Shown piece after piece: positions 1 through 6,794 of a DNA stretch of 15,371 nucleotides; the stretch's first letter is position 1; each line of letters begins with the position of its first letter. The stretch spans positions 3,202 to 18,572 of the forward strand of contig JBDZWC010000053.1 of assembly GCA_040256005.1 (NCBI GenBank). The letters are read 5' to 3'. The DNA is from Deinococcaceae bacterium. Its GTDB lineage: Bacteria > Deinococcota > Deinococci > Deinococcales > Trueperaceae. The translations under genes and the position numbers were made by a program. The notes beneath the pieces were generated by a model. It saw nothing but the letters and a program-made list of their open reading frames with translations, made no database searches and had not been told where the DNA came from.

Positions 1-97
1 AGACGGAATCAGGTTTCTCGGCCGCCGCCCTGGACTTCCCGGCGATGGCGAGCGCAGACTCGGAGGAGGAGCTGACGGAGCGGCTGAGCGAGCAGGC
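1..97 (+). repeat. Direct repeat, copy 1 (pairs with 2982-3078; may extend left of the window)
   Basis: Manual alignment at offset 2981: nt 1-55 identical; mismatches at 56, 65, 74, 75, 82, 83; 91/97 identity. Confidence 0.95.
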
Positions 98-98
98 C
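1..98 (+). pseudogene. Truncated copy of the hicB-like gene (5' part lies outside the window)
   Basis: Frame from nt 3 reads TESGFSAAALDFPAMASADSEEELTERLSEQA, nearly identical to the N-terminal part of the 2933-3412 protein (TESGFSAAALDFPAMASADSEEELAELLSEQA). Similarity stops at about nt 98. The frame then runs on antisense to the STAND gene until a stop at 371, with no HTH domain. Confidence 0.75.
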
Positions 99-135
99 AC
101 CCGAACGAGGACCGGGGACCTCGAGGGGGTGGCGG

Positions 136-2781
136 TCAGGCCGAAGCCGAAAGCTCGAGACCAGACCGAGCCGCGGTGGCGACCAACTCCTCTCTGTGCC
201 GGGTCGCTTCGCTGGTCTTGCCCTCGTACTCCGCCACGGAAACGAGTGACTCGAGCGCCTCCATCACGATGCGCACCTGGCCGATACCACGGGCGAGTTG
301 CAGCGCCGCTTCGAAGCGAGTTCTTGCTGCGCGCAGGTCTCCACGAGCCAAGGCCACTGAGCCGAGGTTGATCTCGGCGAAGGACCTCCCCCAGTCGTCC
401 CCCGAGACCGCCCAGCCGTTCCGAGCCTCGAGCAGCTGCACCTCGGCTCTGTCCAGGTCACCGACCCGTAGAGAGCAGATCCCCAGGTTCCCGGCGGCGC
501 TCAGGCGGCACCATTCGTCTCGCTGCTCTTCGGCCAGGCGCTGTGCCTCGGTCCAGACGGATTCCGCGCCGGCGAAGTCACACTCCAACCAGGCCACGAC
601 GCCAAGGTGCAGCACCGACACCGGGTCCTGTTCTCCCAGCTTCGCCCATATGGAGAGGCTCTCTTCCACCGCCGCGCGGCTGGCCGCCAGGCGCCCGAGC
701 CGGCCCGCGAGTACGGCCGACGCCGTGAGCGCGTGCGCCCGTGTCCTCGACAAGGCCGGCAAGGCGGCGGCGGTAGCGGCGAACCGCGGCACCCCCAGTT
801 CGTAGAGACCCCTGATCTCGTAGAGGTGAAGCATGGGCAGGAACCGTGCGAGCCCCTCCCCGTCACGAGCAGCCAGGAAACGGTCCCATGCGACATGCAC
901 GTCATCTAGCTGCCTGAACAGGGCGGCGACCGACCCCGCTTGCAGCTCTCCTCCACGCATCCAGCGGCCATGGCGCTCGACCTCGGCAGCGAAGTAGTCC
1001 GCGTGCCTGTCGAGCGCCCGTGACTCGGCGGTGGGGTCTCGCCTCAGCTCCGTATTGGCGAACTGCCTCACCAGAGCGTGGAACGTGAATAGCCCGGAGT
1101 CCGCACGTTTGAGGAACGACCTGGTAAGCAGGCTGACGAGCGTTTCGTTGGACACGTCGGCGACGGCGCTGGCCGCGGCGGCGTCGAACGGGCTCCGTAG
1201 CACGGACAGCCCACAGGCCCCGCTGCGTTGCTGCGCCGGCAGGTCCTCCCAGGCGAAGTCGAACGAAGCCTTGAGGCTGCGATGCCTACTGGGCGCATCG
1301 ACCAGGTCCGTGACAACGGCGCCGGCGGCGTGTTGGAGCAGGTCCAGTATCTCGAGGACGGTCGCCGTGCCTGTCCGAGCGGCGGCAAGTTCGATACCCA
1401 AAGGCGAGCCGTCGACGAGTCGGCAGATCTCGACGGCAGCCGGCACGTCTTCGCTCCTGAGACGGTACTCGCCAAGTACCTGACGGGCGCGGAGTGCGAA
1501 CAGCCGGATCGCTTCGTAGTTCTCGAGCATGGGAACGTCCGCCGAGGCAGGGTAGCTGAGCCCCCTGACCTCCAGCGGGGACTCCACTATCTCGCCGAGG
1601 CTGGACCGGCAGGTGGCAAGGACCTTCACCGCTCTGCAGTGCCTCAGCAGATCCGTGATCGACCCCCCAGCATCGAGGAGTCCGTCCAGGTCGTCCATCA
1701 CCAGCAGCATCTCGCGGCCGCGCAGGCGGTTCACCAGCCTGTGGAACACGTCTGTCTCGCCGTCAAGCCGCAGGTCGAGACCGTTGGCCAGCGCCACCAG
1801 TAGGGAGCTCGCGCCACGCACACCGGCCAGGGAGAACCAGTAGGCGCCGTCCGCGTACCGGGCGCGGACCTCCTTCGCGACCTGCAGGGCGAGGGTGGTC
1901 TTCCCCACACCGCCCGGACCGGTCAACGTGATCCACCGGGTGCCCGAATCCATGAGCCGGGAGGCGACCTCCTCCACATCCAGGTCGCGCCGGATCGTGG
2001 GCGTCGACGGGTGCGGCAGCCGATCCGGCGCGCTTTGCCCCGCGTCGGCGAACGTGCCCGAGTGCCCTCTCAACGACGATGGTTCGGCGGTCCTCAAGGT
2101 CCCCGCCAGCGCCAGCGTGTGCGGTGCCGGCTCGAGCCCTAGGTCTTGAGCGAGCAGGAACCGATAGCTCTCGAAGTCGCGGAGGACGTCTCCTATCAGG
2201 TCTGCGTCGCGTGCCGCCAACACCAGGCACGCCTGCAGCATGCTCTCGTCCAAGGGATCCCGGCGCCGTGCAGCGCGGAGTAGCTCGAGAGCTCGCCGCG
2301 CCTGGCCGTCTGTCACCAGGTCCTCTGCCGCGGCCGCCACCGCACGGCGCCACCCAGCCTCCAGGCTGCGGCGTTCGAGCTCGAGCCAGGACGAGTACTC
2401 CGTGGCGTCGCGCAGTTCCAGACCCTCCAGGAACGTCTTGCCTCCTGACTCTGCCGCCGCGAGCCATCTACCCTCACGCAGGGCGGACGAGAACTCCTGG
2501 ACATCCGTCCGCACGTCCCACGCCAGGTCCTCGCCGGTCAGCTCGACCCGCACCGGTAGGGAGGAGGAGCGGACACGGGCCAACAACGCGCGCAGGTTGG
2601 TTCGGGCGTTCGCATGGGTCGCTTGCGGCCAGAACAGGGCGGCCAGTCGGGACCTATGAACGGGCGCTCCGGCGGTCGCGAGAACGGCCAGCAGCGCTCC
2701 ACGCTTGTCGAGCGGTAGCGGAATCCACCCGTCTCCGACGCGCAGCTCGGGCGCACCGAACAGCCGGGCTTCGAGGGGCAT
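136..2781 (-). CDS. AfsR/SARP-type STAND transcriptional regulator (wHTH + BTAD + NB-ARC-like ATPase + TPR), about 881 aa
   Basis: N-terminus LFGAPEL..KRGALLAVLA..RSRLAALFWP..ARTNLR..L fits a SARP-type wHTH. BTAD motifs TDVQEF, FLEGL..WLELER, DPLDE, LGLEP. Walker A GPGGVGKT (1897-1920), Walker B region LLVMDDLD, DGSPLGIELAAA, RHRSL..SFD..W, then C-terminal TPR-like helices. Start placed at ATG 2781 where the wHTH domain begins; the ORF-track start at 2934 runs into the divergent gene. Confidence 0.9.
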   Translation of the reverse strand: MPLEARLFGAPELRVGDGWIPLPLDKRGALLAVLATAGAPVHRSRLAALFWPQATHANARTNLRALLARVRSSSLPVRVELTGEDLAWDVRTDVQEFSSALREGRWLAAAESGGKTFLEGLELRDATEYSSWLELERRSLEAGWRRAVAAAAEDLVTDGQARRALELLRAARRRDPLDESMLQACLVLAARDADLIGDVLRDFESYRFLLAQDLGLEPAPHTLALAGTLRTAEPSSLRGHSGTFADAGQSAPDRLPHPSTPTIRRDLDVEEVASRLMDSGTRWITLTGPGGVGKTTLALQVAKEVRARYADGAYWFSLAGVRGASSLLVALANGLDLRLDGETDVFHRLVNRLRGREMLLVMDDLDGLLDAGGSITDLLRHCRAVKVLATCRSSLGEIVESPLEVRGLSYPASADVPMLENYEAIRLFALRARQVLGEYRLRSEDVPAAVEICRLVDGSPLGIELAAARTGTATVLEILDLLQHAAGAVVTDLVDAPSRHRSLKASFDFAWEDLPAQQRSGACGLSVLRSPFDAAAASAVADVSNETLVSLLTRSFLKRADSGLFTFHALVRQFANTELRRDPTAESRALDRHADYFAAEVERHGRWMRGGELQAGSVAALFRQLDDVHVAWDRFLAARDGEGLARFLPMLHLYEIRGLYELGVPRFAATAAALPALSRTRAHALTASAVLAGRLGRLAASRAAVEESLSIWAKLGEQDPVSVLHLGVVAWLECDFAGAESVWTEAQRLAEEQRDEWCRLSAAGNLGICSLRVGDLDRAEVQLLEARNGWAVSGDDWGRSFAEINLGSVALARGDLRAARTRFEAALQLARGIGQVRIVMEALESLVSVAEYEGKTSEATRHREELVATAARSGLELSASA

Positions 2782-2932
2782 GTGCCAGTGTAGGTCCCCG
2801 GCGCATCCACACTCAGCCAACTTCGAGAACCATCTGCTAGCATCGCGCTTTCCCAGGCGAGCGCGCCCTGACAAGGCGGGCGCCCCGTTCGAACGATATT
2901 CCGTGCTCCGGCGCGAGCGCGGTGGAGGCACC

Positions 2933-3412
2933 ATGAACAGGAACGGTCCTGCGTCGGTCGCGTACCCGTTCGCGGTAGTGAAGACGGAATCAGGTTTCTC
3001 GGCCGCCGCCCTGGACTTCCCGGCGATGGCGAGCGCTGACTCGGAAGAGGAGCTAGCGGAGCTACTGAGCGAGCAGGCTGCCCTCTACCTCTACGAGGCC
3101 GAGCTGCTGGGCGGCGACCCGCCCATGCCGACGACGCGCCGGGAGTTGGACCGGCGCCGCACCGCGGAGCACACGGGCGGCACCGAGTTCGTCTACGTCG
3201 AGCCGGCCGCGACCAACTACATCAGCTTGGCTATCGAGCGCGCCATGCGGGAAGAGGGGGTCTCGGCCCTCGAGCTGGCGCGGCGCCTGTCGGTGAACGT
3301 CGGGGTCGTACAGCGCCTCACCGACCCCTTCTACTTCGGTCATTCCACACGGACCCTGCGAGCCGTCGCCGCGGCGCTGGGCCGGCAGTTGCGCGTTTCT
3401 TTCGAAGTGTAG
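2933..3412 (+). CDS. hicB: HicB-family antitoxin-like protein with C-terminal XRE-type HTH, 159 aa
   Basis: GGAGG at 2924-2928 precedes ATG 2933. N-terminal YPFAVVKTESGFSAAALDFP..A.ADSEEEL..L.EQAALYL...G..PP.P matches the HicB partial RNase H fold pattern. C-terminal AMREEGVSALELARRL..VQRLTDP..HSTRTLRAVAAALG..L.VSF is an XRE-like HTH. Confidence 0.8.
   Translation: MNRNGPASVAYPFAVVKTESGFSAAALDFPAMASADSEEELAELLSEQAALYLYEAELLGGDPPMPTTRRELDRRRTAEHTGGTEFVYVEPAATNYISLAIERAMREEGVSALELARRLSVNVGVVQRLTDPFYFGHSTRTLRAVAAALGRQLRVSFEV
2982..3078 (+). repeat. Direct repeat, copy 2 (inside the intact hicB-like gene)
   Basis: Matches nt 1-97 at 91/97 positions. Confidence 0.95.
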
Positions 3413-3441
3413 TGAACCGACCCTGCGGGAGTCGCGCCGGG

Positions 3442-4044
3442 CTACCTGCTGCCCAGACGCCGCAGGGCGACGAGCACGCGTTCCTGGACCAGTTCGGACT
3501 CGTCCTCCATGAGCTCCCCCAGGCGCTCCGCGAGGCGCTCAGACTGTCCGGGGTGCGCCACCTGACCGAGCGCCGTCACCGCGGCGGCTCGCACCCGCGA
3601 ATGCGGGTCATGGAGCAAAGGCAACAGATCCTTCTCCATGCCAGGTAGCCGAAGCCGCCCCAGGGTCTGGGCGGCTGTCATGCGCACCCGCCAGTGCCCA
3701 TCCTCCAGGGCAAGGCGCAGCCAGGTCGCGGAGTCGTCCCCGCCCACGAAGGCAAGCGCACGCGCGGCCCATGACCGCGTCCAGTAGTTGTTCCGCGGGC
3801 TCGCCAGGTCGAAGCCGCCCGTCCCGGAACCGCCGCCGATGTGCGACAGGACGACAGGCCAGGGAGGCGCGCCCAGCTCGGCCGGCGGCACCTCACCCGC
3901 AACCAGTCTGTACAGGCAGCTGAGCGCATCGTCTTCGCCCATCTCGGCCACCAACGCGGCAGCGCCCTGGGCAGGGGTCCACACGGGCAGAAGCCTACGA
4001 CGCTCACGCCGACCGTTCGCGTACTGGCGCGCTTCTGCCGTCAA
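3442..4044 (-). CDS. HEAT-repeat protein
   Basis: Tandem HEAT/PBS-lyase-like units: ALEDGHWRVRMTAAQTLGRL, LLHDPHSRVRAAAVTALGQV, LMEDESELVQERVLVALRRL. The TTG start is uncertain. Confidence 0.8.
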   Translation of the reverse strand: MTAEARQYANGRRERRRLLPVWTPAQGAAALVAEMGEDDALSCLYRLVAGEVPPAELGAPPWPVVLSHIGGGSGTGGFDLASPRNNYWTRSWAARALAFVGGDDSATWLRLALEDGHWRVRMTAAQTLGRLRLPGMEKDLLPLLHDPHSRVRAAAVTALGQVAHPGQSERLAERLGELMEDESELVQERVLVALRRLGSR

Positions 4045-4049
4045 GCACC

Positions 4050-4080
4050 TAGAGTGGCGCCGGGCGGGAGCATGGAGGTG
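4050..4080 (+). promoter_or_regulatory. Putative -10 box (TAGAGT) and RBS (GGAGGTG) of the rhodanese gene
   Basis: TAGAGT at 4050-4055; GGAGGTG at 4074-4080, 5 nt before TTG 4086. Confidence 0.5.
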
Positions 4081-4085
4081 AACCG

Positions 4086-5072
4086 TTGGCGACGATCCGA
4101 CTGCGAGGTACCGCGGGAGCCACGTCGAGGCGCGGACTGCCCTTGATCGCCAGGGCCTTGCTCGGCCTCGTGGTCTTGGCTGGTGCCGCGGCTGCCCAGG
4201 GGTACGCGAACCCGGACCTGCTGGTCGAGGCCTCGTGGCTGGCCGGCGACCTAGCTGACCCGAACCTGCTGATCGTCGACATGCGTGAGCCTGCCGCTTT
4301 CACTGCTGCTCACGTGCCCGGAGCGGTCAACCTGCCGGTCAGCGCGATCGTGGCCAACGTCGACGGCGTCCCGTTCGAGCTGGCCGAGGACAAGGTCGTC
4401 GCGGCCCTGAGGAACATCGGGCTCAGGAGTGACCACACGGTGGTCACATACGACGACATGGGCATGATGAACGCAGCCAGGCTCTTCTGGACGCTCGAGT
4501 ACCTAGGCCACGAGGACGTCCGCGTCTTGAACGGTGGCTGGAACGCGTGGGTCGCGTCCGGTGCGCCCCTCGAGGCGGGAGCGGCATCACCATCCGTGTC
4601 CGGGTACTCGCCCACGCCCGTGCCAGAGCGGCTGGTGACCAAGGAAGAGCTGGCCGGGCGCCTGGATGACCCCGACCTGGTGATCGCCGACGCGCGCTCC
4701 CGCGCTGAGTACCTGGGGGAGTTCACCTTCTCGGGTCGTGCGGGTCGCATACCGGGCGCGGTTCATCTGCCGTGGTTCGACGCCCTCACCGGAGGGGACG
4801 TGGTGCCCACGACTCAGCCCGGCTGGCAGGCCGAGCTCATTGACCCCGACGTCGAGCGCATGAGAAGCCCGGAGGAACTGGCCGAGTGGCTCGCGGATGC
4901 CGGTCTATCGCCGGAGGACGAGGTCGTCACGTACTGCCAGACGCTGTGGCGCGGAGCCCACCTCTACTTCGTGCTCCGGTTGATGGGGTACGACAACGTG
5001 CGCGGCTACGACGGCTCGTGGGCCGGGTGGAGCGTCACGGACCTGCCGATCGAGACGGGAGAGCCCCGCTAG
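4086..5072 (+). CDS. Two-domain rhodanese / sulfurtransferase (SseA/TST family) with N-terminal signal peptide
   Basis: Motifs LLVEASWL, IVDMR..F..AHVPGAVNL, VVTYDD..AARLFWTL..LGH.DVRVLNGGWNAW, IADARS..EY.G, GRIPGAVH.PW, active-site YC and the C-terminal YDGSW..W signature. The N-terminus is basic, then hydrophobic, ending AAAA-Q. Confidence 0.92.
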   Translation: MATIRLRGTAGATSRRGLPLIARALLGLVVLAGAAAAQGYANPDLLVEASWLAGDLADPNLLIVDMREPAAFTAAHVPGAVNLPVSAIVANVDGVPFELAEDKVVAALRNIGLRSDHTVVTYDDMGMMNAARLFWTLEYLGHEDVRVLNGGWNAWVASGAPLEAGAASPSVSGYSPTPVPERLVTKEELAGRLDDPDLVIADARSRAEYLGEFTFSGRAGRIPGAVHLPWFDALTGGDVVPTTQPGWQAELIDPDVERMRSPEELAEWLADAGLSPEDEVVTYCQTLWRGAHLYFVLRLMGYDNVRGYDGSWAGWSVTDLPIETGEPR

Positions 5073-5076
5073 GCGG

Positions 5077-5571
5077 CTACCAGGTGTCGCCGCCGCCGGG
5101 AGGCGGCCAAGCACCCACCATGCGCCTCAGCAGGATGATCTGTCCGAGGTGATGCGTGTCGTGCAGCCAGTGCGACGCGATGCTCTCCCCCACCGTGCGC
5201 TCGCGACCCGGGACGAGCGGACGCAGCAACGCGGCGTCGTCGGCTGCGATCGCCCGCAAGCGCTCGATGCAAGCGAGCAAGCGCGTCACGAGCGAGGGCC
5301 ACTCCTCGGTGGTCACGGGCGGCCAGCCGTCCGCGGCGTGCTCGACGCGGCTGGGCTTCTCACCGTCCACGATCCTGAGCATGCGCTCCTGCCAGAACAC
5401 GACGTGCGCGACGACCTCGGCGACGCTGTACGGCGCTCCCGCGGGCCGCTTGACGGCGTCCTCGGCGCTGAGGCCATCGATGGCCCTGCCGAATGGGACG
5501 TGCCCGCCCTCCTCGTCGGACAACAGGAACGTCAGTGCTCCGCTGCTCGGCGTGCTGGCTCTGTGGCTCAT
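5077..5571 (-). CDS. DinB/YfiT-family protein (putative metal-dependent thiol transferase fold)
   Basis: P.GAPYSVAEVVAHVVFW and HDTHHLGQI..LRR.VG give the three-His DinB pattern. Confidence 0.88.
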   Translation of the reverse strand: MSHRASTPSSGALTFLLSDEEGGHVPFGRAIDGLSAEDAVKRPAGAPYSVAEVVAHVVFWQERMLRIVDGEKPSRVEHAADGWPPVTTEEWPSLVTRLLACIERLRAIAADDAALLRPLVPGRERTVGESIASHWLHDTHHLGQIILLRRMVGAWPPPGGGDTW

Positions 5572-5578
5572 GTCGCAG

Positions 5579-5584
5579 AAGCTA
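5579..5584 (-). promoter_or_regulatory. -10 box TAGCTT, probable leaderless promoter of the DinB-family gene
   Basis: TAGCTT ends 7 nt before ATG 5571; no Shine-Dalgarno present. Confidence 0.55.
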
Positions 5585-5686
5585 CTACGCCGCCCGCTTG
5601 GTCGGCCTCAGATGCCGCGACCGGCTCCCGACGTTGCCATCAGGTCGGCGGCCGAGGGTGGCGCTAGGGCTGAAGGTCCCCTCCCG

Positions 5687-6676
5687 CTACCGGACGCGGC
5701 CCGAGTCTTCGTCGACCATCAGCGACGACACGTCGACGGCCTCGAAGTCGGCGCCCCTGATCTGCTTGAGGTCGCGCAGGGCGTCGTCGTCCCAGCGGTC
5801 GTCCGGGGCGCCGGAGAGGAACCAGGAAGAGCCGTTGTCCGCGAGGATCATCCCGTACGTCTTGAGGGCCTCCGCCACGACTCTGGCCTGCTCGGAGAAC
5901 CCGGACGTGTCGAAGTCCGGCCGTAGGCGGAACCGCTGACCCATCGGCGGGTACTCCTGGCCTGTCAGGTCGGAGGCGTGGTGGCGCGCCGGCCACACGT
6001 AAGCCTGGCGCGTGCGCGGCGCCGTGAACCGTATCGCATGGCGTATCGCGCCCGCGGCGACCTCCTCGTACCTCACCAGGCCAGGCAGGATGGGCAGGCC
6101 GGCAGCGTCTGCCGAGGTCCAGCCCTCTGGCCGCAGCTCGTATCCGGTCAGGTCGAACACCGCTCCGGACCCGGCCTCCCACGTGCCGTCGGGCTGCCGC
6201 TCCGCGTCGTAGACCTCGTATAGCGTGCAGGCGTCCACGTCGACGACGAGCACGTGGCGGTCGCCCCCGTCGGCCACGCCGCCGGGAGGGGCACCCTCCA
6301 CCGGCGCGTCCGGCGGGATCGGATAGGGGCCCGCGTCGCTCTCGTCGTCGTAGTAGAAGCTTATCGGCACTGGCGGCTGCCCGGCGCCCACCGTCGTGTA
6401 CGGGATCCCGATCGGCGCTCCTTCCCACAAGCCGGCTCCGAAGTCCGGGTGCACGGTCGCGTCGCTACCTATGGTGGCGACGTAGGCGTCCGAGTTCGGA
6501 TCCACAGGCAGGCCGTCTACGCGGGCGTTCCAGACGTGGTCCGGCGGGAACACGGCACATGCCGCGAGAGACGGAGACCTGGGCACCTCACCGCCGTCGG
6601 TCTCGGGTGCCGCACCGCAAGCGAGGAGGAGGAAGAGCAGCAGGAACGGCGACTGCCACCTGGTGATCCTGGACAT
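5687..6676 (-). CDS. Uncharacterised acidic lipoprotein, 329 aa
   Basis: Lipobox FLLLFLLLA-C20. Globular, motif-rich sequence (FPPDHVWN..VD.LPVDPNS, GIPY, DESDAGPYPIP, GDRHVLVVD...C.LYE, WTSADAAGLPILPGLVRYEEV, HAIRFT, PPMGQRFRL, YGMILADNG) that I recall from conserved hypothetical secreted proteins. Confidence 0.85.
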   Translation of the reverse strand: MSRITRWQSPFLLLFLLLACGAAPETDGGEVPRSPSLAACAVFPPDHVWNARVDGLPVDPNSDAYVATIGSDATVHPDFGAGLWEGAPIGIPYTTVGAGQPPVPISFYYDDESDAGPYPIPPDAPVEGAPPGGVADGGDRHVLVVDVDACTLYEVYDAERQPDGTWEAGSGAVFDLTGYELRPEGWTSADAAGLPILPGLVRYEEVAAGAIRHAIRFTAPRTRQAYVWPARHHASDLTGQEYPPMGQRFRLRPDFDTSGFSEQARVVAEALKTYGMILADNGSSWFLSGAPDDRWDDDALRDLKQIRGADFEAVDVSSLMVDEDSGRVR

Positions 6677-6682
6677 CCCCAG

Positions 6683-6688
6683 ATGCTA
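6683..6688 (-). promoter_or_regulatory. -10 box TAGCAT, probable leaderless promoter of the lipoprotein gene
   Basis: TAGCAT ends 6 nt before ATG 6676. Confidence 0.6.
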
Positions 6689-6794
6689 GCGGCGCTCGCT
6701 GTGCGCGGCTGAGGACTGCTGCATAACTGGCCCGGAGGGCACGTAGTGAACTGGGTCATGCTGCCGTAAGAGTGGAAGGTGCATCGTACGGCTC

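Noticed and set aside
45..371. 108-aa ORF as a real gene
   Set aside because: Only the first ~18 codons match the HicB-like protein; the rest is Arg/Pro-rich read-through antisense to the STAND gene.
136..2781. STAND protein as an Avs/NLR-like anti-phage effector
   Set aside because: The N-terminus is a wHTH-BTAD transcription module, not a nuclease, TIR, SIR2 or protease effector, and no defence genes are adjacent.
2705..2934. N-terminal extensions of the STAND ORF (to 2934) and HicB ORF (from 2705)
   Set aside because: They overlap each other head-to-head and lack domain features; ATG 2781 and RBS-supported ATG 2933 fit better.
1..3078. Repeat pair as DGR template/variable repeats, CRISPR repeats or IS ends
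   Set aside because: Mismatches are not adenine-specific, there are only two copies, and no reverse transcriptase, cas, transposase or integrase gene is in the window.
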